A stretch of 64,000 nt of DNA from positions 1 to 64,000 of the forward strand of contig CAWFXL010000001.1 in the NCBI GenBank assembly GCA_963819815.1, read 5' to 3'. The notes below the pieces were generated by a model, which did not search any database, was not told the origin of the DNA, and worked only from the letters and a program-made list of their open reading frames with translations. This document shows, piece after piece, positions 34,259-46,499 of this stretch. A program made the position numbers and the translations under genes. Each line of letters opens with the position of its first letter. Positions within the stretch are counted from its first letter, which is position 1. The DNA is from an uncultured bacterium. Lineage in GTDB: Bacteria; Babelota; Babeliae; Babelales; Babelaceae.

Positions 34259-36031
34259 GAGAGACTTCCTGGCCGCTGGCGGCCAATTGGGCGACGCGGT
34301 GTGCCGGCTGTGGTCGCCAGGCTGCCGCATCGCAACCGGTTTGGCGGAGGGAGAATCACGGTGAAGCGCGTGCCCGCGTGCTGCTATCGACGAACACGAG
34401 TCCGCGGTGCGCCTCGATGGCGCGGTGCACGACGGCGAGACCGAGGCCCGCTGCCGTTCGCTTTCGTGGTGAAGAACGGATCGAACATGCGGTCGCGGAT
34501 TTCGGCGGGGATGCCCGGGCCCGCGTCGGTGACGCGCGAATCGACACCGTGTCGCCTTCGAGGCGCATGCCCGACGGAATCTGGTCGCCGCCGACCACGC
34601 ACGACTTCGATGCGCACCTCGCCGCCGGTCGGGCGACGCCTGCACCGCGTTGAGCGCGAGGTTGAAGATCGCGCGGTGCAGCAGATCCTCGTCGCCTTCG
34701 ACGCGAATCGGCCGTCGCCCTCATCGACCTCACGCGACACTTCGACTGTCGGCGGCGATCGGGATGCGCGCCGGCGAGGCTTGCCGCGCCGCGCGCGACG
34801 TCGCGCCGAGGTCGACCGTCTCCGTGCGCGCCACGCGCACGCGCGCGAAGTCGAGGAACTCGGAGAGGAGTCGCGACAGACGATCGGACTCGCGCATCAC
34901 GAGGACCGCTGAGCGTCTTGTGATCGTCGGAGATCGCGGGCATCCGCGAGATCTGCTCGACGGCGCTGCGAATCGACGCGAGCGGATTCTTGATTTCGTG
35001 CGCCAGCGACGCGCTCAGCTCCGCGATGCCCTCGAGGCGCTCGGCGCGCAGCCGCAGGACTTCGAGGCGCTTCTGGTCCGAGATGTCCTGGAAGATCGCC
35101 GTCGCGGTTCGCCCGCCTCCGTCGTCATCGTGCTCGGTGTAGGTCGTGGTGACGCCGACCGACAGGCGACGCGTGGCGTTGGTGACGAACAGCTCTCCGC
35201 GCGTCGTGCGAATCTTCGACTCGGCGGCCTGGCGAATGGCGTGCGACAGCTCTGGGGCAACGCGTCCGATCACGTCGAGAATCGGCTCGCCGATGCGATC
35301 GGCGAGCTCGAGACCGAGCAGTTGCTCGGACGTCGGATTGGCGTAGAGCAGTCGACCGGCGACATCCACGGTGACGACGCCGCTGCGGATGTTGCGCAGA
35401 ATGTCTTCCGCCTGAAGTCGCGTGCGCTGGAGGGCGGCGACGAGTTGGTCGGTGCCCTCCCCCGTCGCGCGCAGCTCGGCGCTGAGGTAGCGAATGACGA
35501 GCGCGACGATCGCGATGATCGTGATCTGTAGCCAGACCGTCGGATCGGGAAGCCAGACGGCGCGCGGCGTCGTCGGTGGCCGCAGAAAGACCACCACTTC
35601 GACGAAATAGAAGACCAGTCCCACGGCCGCCACGAGCAAGCCGCCACTCGCGGGAACGAGCAGCGACGACGTCGCGATGACCAGGATGTAGAGCGCCGAG
35701 AACGGCGAGCCGACACCGTTCGTGACATGGACGACCGCGGTGACGACCGCGAGGTCGAAGATCGCCTGCGCGTACAGAAAGCTCTGGCTGAGCGGCTTTT
35801 TGTATATTTCCGAGTGGACCGCCGACGCCACCGTCACACGGTCGACAGCGCGAAGACGAGCGACGGCGACGAGCGTGCGATCGGCCGTCGATCTCTGACC
35901 AGCGGGAGATCGCGGCGATGAAGATCGCGACTCGCGAGACACATTCGTCCGATGTAGACCCATCGGATGAGTCGTCGCGGGTCGAGAATTAGCTTGAGCG
36001 CCGGCTGAGTTTGGCGGGACGCGAGTCGCAC
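34255..36031 (-). CDS. pilS: Membrane sensor histidine kinase with PAS domain (PilS type); frameshifted
   Basis: PilS-like TM region ([23 protein letters not shown]), PAS, H-box [27 protein letters not shown] and GLGLA. Confidence 0.82.
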
Positions 36032-36168
36032 GTGGTGTGGAGTTGCAAACTGCTAGAGTTTCCGAGCGGCGCTAACCATTGCAATCTGCTATACGAGCGT
36101 TGACGATCCGCGCGGGACTCTGGTTACTGGCGCGCAGCGCTAAATGTTTGGCGCCCGAGGAACGTGAA

Positions 36169-36602
36169 ATGGACGACGCGACACATCTGAACGTGACTCC
36201 GACGCTGTGGATTCCACGCGGTCGAGTTGAGCTATCGGGCGTCGCGCGCCGGAGGCCCGGGCGGACAGCACGTCGAACACGTCGTCGACGCGGATCGAGC
36301 TGATTTGGGATCTGCCCAACTCGCGCGCCGTTTCAGACGATGAGCGAGAGCGGATTCGGACGAAACTCGCGTCGCGACTCGACTCCGACGGGAGCGTTCG
36401 CGTGGTCGCGAGCGACCGACGCAGCCAAGGGCAGAATCGGCAATCGGCGGAGATCAGGCTCGCGTCACTGGTTCGGCACGCGCTGCACGTTCCCAAGACC
36501 CGTCGGGCGACGAAACCGACGAAGGCATCCAAGGAGCGGCGCCTGACGGACAAGAAGCGGCAGGGAAATAAGAAGCGCGACCGCCGCGGCGACGCCGACT
36601 AG
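36169..36602 (+). CDS. arfB: Alternative ribosome-rescue peptidyl-tRNA hydrolase ArfB; frameshifted
   Basis: GGPGGQHV (GGQ motif), RSQGQNR, basic tail RRATKPTKASKERRL..KK. Confidence 0.9.
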
Positions 36603-37318
36603 GCGCTTTGATGGACGCGGCTCTTGAGCGCTGCGAGGGCAATCCGAGCGTGCTTCGCCGCGGGTAGGTCGGGATATCGTTCGACGAGGCGGCGCAGTTC
36701 CACCAGCGCGCGTCCGGGATCGGCCAACGGACCGGCGCAGAGGTCGACCAAACGGTTGGTTGCGTACACGTCCTCCCCCGGTGTGACCGTGGGGATGCGC
36801 TGTACTTCGCGAAACAACTCGGCGGCGCGGCGATAGTTGCCCTTCTCCTTTGCATACAACTCGGCGGCCTTGATCCGCGGATCGATCGCCTCTGGCTTCT
36901 CGATACAAATGGCTTCGAACGAGCGGAGGGCTTCGTCGACCTCACCGCGCATGACGAGCGCCTGCTCTCGCGAGTACTGCTCCCGATACGGCGTGCTGTC
37001 GCCGCCCATCGTGAACCTGTTGAAGCCGTTTCCGGCCGCCGCGGAGGCGGCCAATCCAACGCCGATCGCGCACGCGCCTAGCACCGCACCGCATACGAGG
37101 CTGAATGCAGCGGCGGTAATGGGCGACATCTGCGGGTTGATCTTGTGGGCGATCGCCGCGCCAAGCGGGAGGGAAACCCCGAAGGTCGTGAGGCCGAACC
37201 CCGACGCGCGAAGGATCAATCCCGCGTCTGGCCCCAGCCGATCGAACATCGTGCGCTTGTACGGCGCGGCTGAATCACTCTTCGATTCGACGTTTTCGGG
37301 ACGCAGATCGGCGGACAT
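36599..37318 (-). CDS. Hypothetical two-TM protein with TPR-like C-terminus
   Basis: Two hydrophobic segments, then YSREQALVMRG..DEAL..FE and ALVELRRLVERYP helical repeats. Confidence 0.6.
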   Translation of the reverse strand: MSADLRPENVESKSDSAAPYKRTMFDRLGPDAGLILRASGFGLTTFGVSLPLGAAIAHKINPQMSPITAAAFSLVCGAVLGACAIGVGLAASAAAGNGFNRFTMGGDSTPYREQYSREQALVMRGEVDEALRSFEAICIEKPEAIDPRIKAAELYAKEKGNYRRAAELFREVQRIPTVTPGEDVYATNRLVDLCAGPLADPGRALVELRRLVERYPDLPAAKHARIALAALKSRVHQSA

Positions 37319-37660
37319 TGCGTGGGATGAATTCAATGGGACGGCATTGGTTGCGAGCGCCTGAGTAACAACGACCACTCGGCCGCCCTCTGGGCAACGA
37401 TAAACAGACGCACTGGGAACGACGACCGACATCGTCGCAAGTCGTAGTCGGGCTTTCACACGTGTCTACGTGACGTGCGCGCCCCGTCGGACGGTTGTTG
37501 GGATGTCGAACCGGCATACCAAATGCCGGCCCGCACCCCGTTCCGGTCCCTTCCCCCCGGCCACATGTTAGTAACGCGCCGCTTCGCTCCCACGCGGTGC
37601 CCCGGCCCGGGGAGTTTGGCCCCGAGCTTTCCCCCCAACTCCCTTAGGGAGGCGTGTACG

Positions 37661-40600
37661 ATGACATCGATGAGGCTTCGACGCCTCGCCATCAGTGCGG
37701 CATCTGCCGCGCTGCTGACGACCGCTGCCGCTGTTGCAAGCGCGCAGGGTACGCTCACCGGCACTGTGACAACGCAGCCCGGTGGTACTCCACTTCAAGA
37801 AGCTCGAATCCTAATTCTAGGAACGAGCCGCGTCGGTTCGAGTGGACCCGACGGCAAATACTCCATCCCGGGAGTGCCAGCCGGCACCGCGGAAATCCGC
37901 GTGATTCGCGTCGGCTATCAGGAGCAGAAGAAATCGGTCCGCATTCTCGACGGTCAGAAGGCGGTGCTCGATTTCGCGATGAGCACCACGGTCGTGCAGC
38001 TGCAGGAAGTCGTCACGACGGCGACGGGTGAGCAGCGTCGCGTCGAAGTCGGCAACGCGGTGGAAAACCTCTGCGGTCGCCAAGCTCACCGAGACGCGCG
38101 CCGGTCCGCACGATCTCCGACGTGCTGAACTCGCGCGTCCCGGGCGTGATGGTGCAGCAAGGCACGCAGACGGGCGCTGGTCAGCGCATTCGCGTGCGAG
38201 GCGTCAGCAGCATCAGCCTCTCGAACGAGCCGATCTTCATCATCGACGGCATCCGCATGAGCTCGAACAACGGCTCGACGTCGTTCGGTAACGGCGGCGC
38301 GGATTTCAGCCGTCTTGGTGACATCAGCCCAGAAGACATCGAGAATATCGAAATCGTCAAGGGCCCGTCAGCGGCAACGCTCTACGGCACCGACGCAGCG
38401 AACGGCGTCGTCGTGATCACGACGAAGAAGGGTCGCGCTGGTTCGTCGAAGTGGACCGCGTATGGTGAAGGCGGCGTCCTCGACGATCGCAACTGGTATG
38501 CGGACAACTATACGCTTGCCGGAATGAACCCGACGACCAAGGCGAAGCTCGTTCTGTCGGGTCAGTGCAATCTCGTCATGGTCTCGCTCGGCACGTGCGT
38601 GAAGAGCGACGGCACGAAGGGCTACGACAGCCTTCGCGTCTACAGCCCGATCAAGGATCCGACGGTCACGCCGCTCGGCCTCGGCAACCGCCAGGCGGGC
38701 GGCCTTCAGGTGAACGGCGGCACGGAGCAGATTCGCTACTTCATGTCGGCGGGCCGCGACAATGAAGTGGGCGTGTTCCAGCTCGACCCCTACGAGCGGA
38801 ACCGCTTCGACTCGCTCGGCATCACGATCCACCCGTGGCAGGAGCGTCCGAACAGCCGCCTCCTGAACAACTTTCGCGCGAACGTCAGCGCGCAGGTCAA
38901 CCCGCAGTTCGACGCCGCCATCAACTTCGGCTACAACACGGTCGAAGCGCTGACGAGCAACGAGTCGAACAACACGGTGGGCATCGGCTCGCAGGCATTC
39001 GGCGGCCCTGGATACCGGAACAATGGTCTCATCAGCGGTCTCACCGACTCGCTGGTCGGCTATCGCGCCGGCACCCCAGGCCAGATCTGGGCCGAGAAGC
39101 TGCAGCAGAACGTCAACCGCATGGTGCTGTCGTCGAACCTCAACTGGCGTCCGACGAGCTGGTTGCAGACGAGAGCGAACCTCGGAACGGACTTCGCCGA
39201 TCGTAACGACACGCGCCTTCACATGAACGGCGAAGGCTGGCCGCTCAGCACGACGTATCGCGACGGTCAGGCGTTCAATGCCCGTACGAACATCACCAAC
39301 CTGTCGGCCGACCTCGGCGCGACGGCGAACTACAATCCGTCCCGCTTTTCGTGGCTGAACTTCAAGACCACGCTGGGCACGCAGTACAGCAACTACCGCC
39401 TCGATCAGAACAGCGCGGGCGGCACGACGCTTCCGCCGGGCGCCGTCACGGCGAGCGCCGGCGCGACGGCATCGGCCTCGGAAGGCTTTACCATCCAGAA
39501 GACGTGGGGCATTTTCGTCGAGCAGTCGGCCGCGTTGCGCGATCGTCTGTATCTGACCGCCGCCGTCCGCTCCGACCAGAACAGCGCGTTCGGCACCAAG
39601 TTCCAGCGGGTGTTCTATCCGAAGGCGAGCCTTTCGTGGGTCATCTCCGACGAGGATTTCTTCCCGCGTAGCAGCATCTTCCGCGCGATCAGCAACCTCC
39701 AGCTGCGTCTCGCGAACGGCGCCTCCGGCGTACAGCCTGGCCCGAACGACGCGCTTCGCACCTACTCGGCGAGTTCGGCCAGCATCAAGAACACCGACAC
39801 GCCGATTGAGACGTTCACTGCCATCGGCAACGACAGCCTGAAGCCCGAACGTTCCACCGAGTGGGAAACCGGCTTCAACTCGAAGCTCTTCGACAACCGG
39901 GTCCAGCTCGACGTCACGTACTACTCTCGCGTGACGCACGACGCGCTGATCAGCGCGATCATCGCGCCGTCGCTCGGCTCCGGATCGACGAGACAGAACA
40001 CCAATCTCGGCTCGATCAAGAACGCCGGGTTGGAAGTGACGCTTGGCGGTCAGCTGCTCGATCGCAGACAACTCGGCCTCGACTTCCATCTGACGACGTC
40101 GATGAACGCCAACAAGGTCGTGAGCCTTGGTTCGACCGCGCCGCAGATCGGTGTGTCGAACTGGATCGTACCGGGCTATCCGATCAGCGGCATCTGGGCA
40201 AAGCCGATCGTCGGGTGGGACGACAAGAACGGCGACGGCATCCTGACCGTGGATGAGGTCAAGATCGTGTCGGACACCGTCTGGGCCACCGATCCGAAGA
40301 CCGGCCTCAAGTCCGTCCTCGGCGTCGGAACGTTCCGCGGATATGCCGAGCCCCGCTACCTGACGTCGTTCACGTCGGGCATCGACCTGTTCAACCACAG
40401 GATCCGCATCCAGAACCTGTTCGACTGGCGCGGCGGCAATAAGTACTACAACAACACGGAGCGCATTCGCTGCACGCGCCCGAACTGCAACGGCCTGTTC
40501 AACCCGGCCGCGTCGCTCGAGGAGCAGGCGATGGACGTGGCGGCGATCTTCTCGCCGGAAAAGACGCTCGACGGCTACATGCAGCCCGGCGCGTTCGTGA

Positions 40601-40833
40601 AGTGGCGCGAAGCCACCGTGACGCTCGAGATCCCGCAGGCGCTGCTCTCGCACACGCGTGCGCACGGCGGCAGCCTCGTGTTCGCGGCCCGCAACCTCAA
40701 GAAGTGGACGAACTACCGCGGCAGCGATCCGGAAAGCGACTACACGGCAACGGGTGGCGGCGACGCGCCGAACGAGTTCCAGACGTTCGCGCAGCCGACG
40801 ATTTTCCAGTTCCGCCTGAACTTCAACTTCTGA
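37661..40833 (+). CDS. SusC/RagA-family TonB-dependent outer-membrane transporter; one frameshift near 38,070-38,110
   Basis: Signal peptide, carboxypeptidase-regulatory-like N-domain, LQEVVTTATG, IRVRG.SS, EPIFIIDG, DIENIEIVKGPSAATLYGTDAANGVVVITTKKG, LKPE, C-terminal F. Confidence 0.93.
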
Positions 40834-40852
40834 CCCTTCGCCAACCACTGAT

Positions 40853-42301
40853 ATGAGATTGCAAATGAGAAGTGGCCGAGCGGTCACTACGACACTCGCC
40901 ATAGGGGCCGTCCTCGGTCTCTCGGCGTGCGATACCCTCAAGGACAACCTGCTCGAGGCGATCAACCCCTCGATCATCGATCCGTCCTCGGTGCAGTCGG
41001 CCGCGGGCGCAACGGCGGTGCGCAACGGCGCGCTGTCGCGGCTCCGCACCGCAACCGCTGACGGCGAGAGCTCCTGGCTGTTTGGCGGCCTTCTGGTGGA
41101 CGAATGGGCGACCAGCTCGACGTTCGTGCAGAACGACGAGACCGACCAGCGCCAGATCCAGCTCAACAACTCGACCGTGAACAACACGCTGCGCGCACTT
41201 TACCGTGTGCGTACGTCGGCGACCCAAGCGATCGGCTTGCTCAACCAGTACAAGCCGTTGCCGTCGTCGGACATCGCCGAGATGTACTTCGCTCGCGGAT
41301 TCGCCGAGATGCAGTTGGCTTCGGACTTCTGCAACGGCATTCCGCTCAGCGACGGTGCCAGCGAGACGGCTACGCTTGGCAAGCCGCTGCCGGTCAAGGA
41401 CGTGTTCACGGTGGCGAGCGCGTCGTTCGACACCGCGATGACCCTGAGCAGTGGGACCGACGCGGCCAGCGTTACGATCAACCGTGCGGCGCGAATCGGT
41501 AAGGCGCGTGCGTTGCTCGGAATGGGGCTGAGCAACGCGGCGGCCGCCGCCGCGCTGGTCACGGCGATTCCGACGACCTTCCGCTACGACGTCACGGCGT
41601 CGCTGACGGGTGGCACAAACACGCTGTGGGATCAGCCGACCAGCCAGAATCGCTACACCGTTGGCGACAGCATTCAGGGCAACGGACGCAGCATTCTGGT
41701 GAAAAACGCAATCCCGTTCTTCTCGGCGAATGACCGTCGCGTTCCGGCGCACTACAAGATCGGATCGAACGGAAAGGACACCGTGAAGTCGCAGGATGGC
41801 GGCACGTTCGTCATCCAGGTCGACAGCCTGTGGGGCCCGTCGACGGCCGTTGCCATCACCGCCGGTCTCGACGCGCGCCTCATTGAAGCAGAAGCAGCAC
41901 TTCAGGCGAGCAACCCGGCTGGAATGATGACGATTCTGAACGCGCTTCGCGCGGCGCCACAGCAGCTTACCGCGTCGAGCCCAACCTCGACCGGAACGCA
42001 TCCGGGGTGGACGACGCCGGCGTTGCCGGCGCTCACCGACCCGGGCACGACGGACACTCGCGTCAACCTGCTGTTCCGTGAGAAGGCGTTCTGGACGTTT
42101 GGCCGGGGATTCCGGCTGGGCGACCTCCGCCGGCTCATTCGCGACTACGGTCGCGCGGCCGACGGTTCGAACGCCGGTGGCTACCCGATCGGCACGCACT
42201 ACAAGGGTGGCGTCTTCGCTGGTGATCTCCAGCTGCCGGTCACGACCGACGAGCAAAATGGCAATCCGAACTTCAGCGCCTGTCTCGATCGGAAGGCGTA
42301 G
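40853..42301 (+). CDS. SusD/RagB-family lipoprotein
   Basis: Lipobox LSAC, RLIEAEAAL, LNALRA and FGRGFRLGDLRRL; directly after the SusC-like gene. Confidence 0.87.
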   Translation: MRLQMRSGRAVTTTLAIGAVLGLSACDTLKDNLLEAINPSIIDPSSVQSAAGATAVRNGALSRLRTATADGESSWLFGGLLVDEWATSSTFVQNDETDQRQIQLNNSTVNNTLRALYRVRTSATQAIGLLNQYKPLPSSDIAEMYFARGFAEMQLASDFCNGIPLSDGASETATLGKPLPVKDVFTVASASFDTAMTLSSGTDAASVTINRAARIGKARALLGMGLSNAAAAAALVTAIPTTFRYDVTASLTGGTNTLWDQPTSQNRYTVGDSIQGNGRSILVKNAIPFFSANDRRVPAHYKIGSNGKDTVKSQDGGTFVIQVDSLWGPSTAVAITAGLDARLIEAEAALQASNPAGMMTILNALRAAPQQLTASSPTSTGTHPGWTTPALPALTDPGTTDTRVNLLFREKAFWTFGRGFRLGDLRRLIRDYGRAADGSNAGGYPIGTHYKGGVFAGDLQLPVTTDEQNGNPNFSACLDRKA

Positions 42302-42344
42302 GATTGGGGGCACTCGTTGGGCTTCGGCCTGACGAGGGACGGAG

Positions 42345-42381
42345 AAAGGGGAGGCGGGCTTCCGCCTCCCCTTTTCTTTTT
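42345..42381 (+). terminator. Rho-independent terminator
   Basis: AAAGGGGAGGCGG-GCTT-CCGCCTCCCCTTT followed by TCTTTTT. Confidence 0.85.
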
Positions 42382-42624
42382 CCTAACCTGACGGCCGATC
42401 CCGCTCACCGGGGAAGTCGACGGGTGAAGTGTCTAGAGGGAAATCGCCATGATGACGGTAGGGTGCTTGCCGTGAGGCAAGGCGAACCCGGCAGGCATCT
42501 TGACGGAACGGGGGATCGGTTAGTCCTTCTGTGGTATTGGTAATGGTGTGGTGGTGGGCGGCACCCGGGAGTTCGACGCGTTGGGGCTTGCGCCGTTCTC
42601 GGCGAAATTCGGCGGAGTTTGGTG

Positions 42625-42640
42625 GGGCACGTCCCTTGCG
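42625..42640 (+). promoter_or_regulatory. Putative sigma-54 promoter
   Basis: GGGCACGTCCCTTGCG, near consensus TGGCACG-N4-TTGC, about 90 bp upstream of the ATG at 42,728. Confidence 0.65.
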
Positions 42641-42727
42641 CCCCCGGGCGAGGGCAAAACCCCGAGTGACCAACCGCTTGGATCTCGGAAAGACTCTTTG
42701 CTGCGGATCGTTCCGCGGGGACCTTCA

Positions 42728-45700
42728 ATGACCCGACTTCGCATGCGCTGGGCAGCGGCCATCGTGCCGCTCGCGGCGCTTTTTGCGTCCACTCCAGCCC
42801 AGGCCCAGGAGTACTTCGGCCGGAACAAGGTCCAGTATGAGACCTTTGCCTGGAAAGTCCTGAAGTCGGATCACTTCGACAACTTCTTCTATCCGCCGGA
42901 GTCGCTGATCGTGCACGATGCGGCGCGCATGGCGGAACGCTGGTACTCGCGGCACTCGGACACCTTCCGGCACGCGTTCGACCGCAAGTCGCTGGTGTTC
43001 TACGCCGACCACCCGGACTTCGAGCAGACCAACGTCATCGGTGAGCAGCTCGAGGAAGGCACGGGCGGCGTGACCGAGTCGAACCGGACGCGCGTGATCA
43101 TGCCGTTCACCGGCAGCTACGCGGACAACGAACACGTGCTCGGCCACGAGCTCGTACACGTTTTCCAATACAACATCGCTGAGGGCACGCCTGGCGGCGG
43201 ACTGATGCGCCTCGACGCGCTCCCGCTCTGGCTCATCGAAGGTATGGCCGAGTACTTCTCGCTCGGCCGCGAGGATCCGCTGACGGCAATGTGGATGCGC
43301 GACGCCGTGATGCGGAACAAGTTCCCGACGATCAAGCAGCTGACGATGGACCCGCGCTTCTTCCCGTACCGCTACGGCCAAGCGCTGTGGGCGTACGTCG
43401 GCGGACGCTGGGGCGATCGCGCGATCGTCGACGTGTATCGCTCGGCGCTGCGACTCGGGTGGGATGCCGCGCTCGTGCGCGTGCTCGGCGAGAACAGTGA
43501 TTCGCTGTCCAAGGATTGGGCCGCCGCGAATAACGCGATGTACCTGCCGCAGGTCGCCGGCCGCAGCATCCGGACAGCATCGGTACCAGGCTCGTTGGTC
43601 TGACGCGCAGCGGCGACTACAACCTCGCGCCGACGCTCAGCCCCGACGGCAAGTTGTTCGCGTTCTTCTCCAGCACGAAGAATCTGTTCGGCATCGATCT
43701 ATTCGTCGGCGACGCGACGACCGGCAAGATCATCAAGAAGCTCGGTGGCCCTTCGAGTGATCCGCACTTCGACGCCATCAGCTTCATCAATTCCGCAGGC
43801 GATTGGTCGCCGGACGGAAGTGAGTTCGCGTTCGTCGTGTACGCCGAAGGCTCCAACGAAATCGCGATCCTCGACACCAGGACGACGAACGTCGAACGCC
43901 GCATCAAGCTTCCCGGCATCGGCGCCGTGAACAGCGTGTCGTGGTCGCCGGATGGGCACACCCTCGCCTTCTCCGGCCAGGCCGGCGGTATCAGCGATCT
44001 CTACCTGCTCGATCTCAAGGCCGAGACGATTCGTCAGCTCACGAACGACCGCTACGCGGACATTCAGCCGACGTGGTCGCCCGACGGCAAGACGATCGCC
44101 TTCTCGACCGATCGCGGCGCCCAGACGGATTTCAATACAGCTCAAGTTCTCGCCGCTCCAGCTGGCGACGTACGATGTCGCGACCGGTCGCATCAGCGTA
44201 TTCTCGCCGTTCGCGCACGGCAAGCACATCAACCCGCAGTTCTCGCCGGACGGCAAGGAGATCTTCTTCGTCTCGGATCAGGACGGCTTCCCAGACATCT
44301 ATCGGCTGAATTTGGCCAGCAGTCAGGTCTTCCGAGTCACGACCGTTGCGACCGGTGTCAGCGGCATCACGGCGATGTCACCGTCGCTCTCGGTGTCACG
44401 TCAAACGGGAAAGCATGTTGTTCTCGACGTTCTACGATCAGGGCAACGAAATTCGTGGATTCGAGGCGTCGCAGACCGTGGGTACGGCGGTGGCCGCGCC
44501 ATCGGTTGCGTGGGAAGGCGCTCAACTACCGCCACCGCAGGTGACGCGCAGCCTGGTCTCGAGCTATCTCGCGGATCCCTTCGCCGGACTTCCGAGCGGC
44601 AACGAGTTCGTCGTCGAGCCGTACCAGTCTTCGTTCTCGCTCGACGCCATCGGTCAGCCGAGCTTGGGCGTCGTTGCCGGCGGACCGTTCGGCACCGGCG
44701 TGGCGGGCGGCGTATCGATGATCTTCGGCGATCAGCTGAGCGACCGTCAGATCTTCGCGGCCATCCAAGCGAATGGAACCGTGAAGGACATCGGCGGCGC
44801 TCTGCAGTACTACAACATGAAGAATCGCTGGAACTACGGCGGCGGCGTCGAACACATCCCGTATCTCACGGGGCAAGTCTACCTGAAAGACACGACGTTG
44901 AGCTCGCAGGGCGGCCCGGTCGCCGCGTACTCGATCAATCAGATCCTGCAGCGCGTCTACATCGATCAGGCGGCCGCGTTCACTCAGTATCCGTTCTCGA
45001 TGACGAAGCGACTCGAGATTACGGCCAACATCACGCACTACGGCTTCGACACCGAGTTGTTCAAGACGACGTTCGTCGGCAACACGATCGTCGATCAGAG
45101 CGATGAAAAGCTGACATCGGTCTACCAGCCCGTCTGGTTCGCCGAGCCCTCCATCGCGCTCGTCGGCGACAACTCGTTCTCGGCGTTCACCTCTCCGGTC
45201 CAGGGTGAGCGTTATCGCATTCAGCTCACGCCGACGTTCGGATCGGTCCAGTACCAAACGGCGCTGGTCGACTACCGGCGCTACATCTTCATGCGTCCGT
45301 TCACGGCGGCCTTCCGCGGTGTATCGCTCGGCCGTTACGGAAGCGGCGCCGAGGATCCGACCACGACATGGCCGATCTACCTGGGCGACGAGACGATGAT
45401 CCGCGGGTACGGCTACAGTTCGTTCTCGAACGACGAGTGTCAGGTCAATGGCACCACGCGTGGGCAGCGCGGCTGCACAGGTCGGGTGCCCGACGTTCCA
45501 GCGTCTGTTCGGCAGCAAGGCGGCCGTGTTCAACGCTGAACTCAGAATTCCGCTCTTCGGAACAGAGGGATTTGGTCTGATCAACTTCCCGTTCCTCCCG
45601 ACGGAAGTCTCGCCGTTCTTCGACGGCGGCGTTTCATACACGAACAACCAGGCGCCGGATTTTCGGCTGACGCGGTCGGCAAACGACATTCCGGTCAAGT

Positions 45701-45906
45701 GTCAGGCGACCACGAACTCGACGCCGGCGCAGATTCAGCAGCAGGCGTACTATCCGTGCGCGGATCGCATTCCGGTGTTCTCGACGGGCCTCTCGTTCCG
45801 CTTCAACCTGATGGGCTACGCGATCATGGAAGCGTACCTCGCGCATCCGTTCCAGCGCCCGCAGAAAAATTGGGTCTGGGGATTCCAACTCGCGCCAGGC
45901 TGGTAG
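42728..45906 (+). CDS. Secreted fusion protein: gluzincin-like metallopeptidase + TolB/PD40 beta-propeller + Omp85-like barrel; frameshifted
   Basis: Signal peptide; HELVH...WLIEGMAEY; repeated WSPDG/FSPDG; IRGY, NAELRIPL, PFFDGG; terminal aromatic ...WGFQLAPGW. Confidence 0.78.
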
Positions 45907-45938
45907 AAACCTAGGCGCTAGACACTAGGCGCTAGAAA
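45904..45938 (+). repeat. Heptamer tandem array (CTAGRCR)n
   Basis: tagaaac CTAGGCG CTAGACA CTAGGCG CTAGAAA. Confidence 0.7.
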
Positions 45939-45943
45939 TTCGG

Positions 45944-45980
45944 AAGGCGCGGAGCCGTTGGCTCCGCGCTTTTTATTTTC
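45944..45980 (+). terminator. Rho-independent terminator (possibly bidirectional)
   Basis: GCGCGGAGCC-GTT-GGCTCCGCGC followed by TTTTTATTTT. Confidence 0.85.
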
Positions 45981-46047
45981 TCCGCGGGTTCGACGATCGA
46001 GGTCTGTTGCGCGGCGATGGTTCGCGAACCCACAGCTCTCCGAGACC

Positions 46048-46411
46048 TCATGACCCCTCGACGCGCTTGCGAAAGGCGGTGATCATCGCGGCGAGCTCTC
46101 CCGGCTCGCCCATGAGATCCCGATCCTCGGCTCTGAGCAGGCCAACGTCGTCGAGCTCCTCGATCGCATCATCGACCTCGTTCGCCGACGCGCATGCAAT
46201 GCGCAGGCAATGCGCAGAAACTGCGCAAACTGAGCCGGCGTTCCTCGGCCAGAGCCCTCCGAGATATTGTATCGAATCGAGATCGCGGCACGAATGAGCT
46301 GATCTCCTCGACGAAATCGCTCCTCAGGCGGAAGGCGTGGACGAGGCGGTGCACTCGCGTCGTCAGAACGCGTGCACGCTGCCAGATCGCGAGTTTTCTG
46401 AAGTCGCTCAC
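46048..46411 (-). CDS. Four-helix-bundle protein (23S rRNA intervening-sequence protein / Avd-like); frameshifted
   Basis: DFRKLAIWQRA...DQLIRAAISIRYNISEGSGRGT..QFAQFLRIA. Confidence 0.82.
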
Positions 46412-46499
46412 TCGGCGCTCTCTGGGAATCAGGTGCGCCTGTATTCGCCATGCCACGCGCACCAGCACAACCAAAGGCGCGCAGCGCCAATCCTTATCT

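Noticed and set aside
38368..41187. 939-aa minus-strand ORF, and similar long antisense ORFs (6,649-8,112; 40,823-42,313; 30,029-31,468)
   Set aside because: Shadow ORFs of GC3-rich sense genes; Arg/Val/Ala-rich with no recognisable motifs.
42390..42526. SAM-I/TPP riboswitch or hammerhead ribozyme
   Set aside because: Only partial words match (GAGGGA, UGAUGA, GGGUGC); the core consensus and spacing are missing. Kept only as an unassigned RNA candidate.
1..46411. Dozens of frameshifts suggesting mass pseudogenisation or programmed frameshifting
   Set aside because: They hit housekeeping genes (aroC, proC, pilQ, arfB) at random, mostly as single-base indels in GC runs, cluster in patches and vanish in the AT-rich segment; this pattern fits long-read error.
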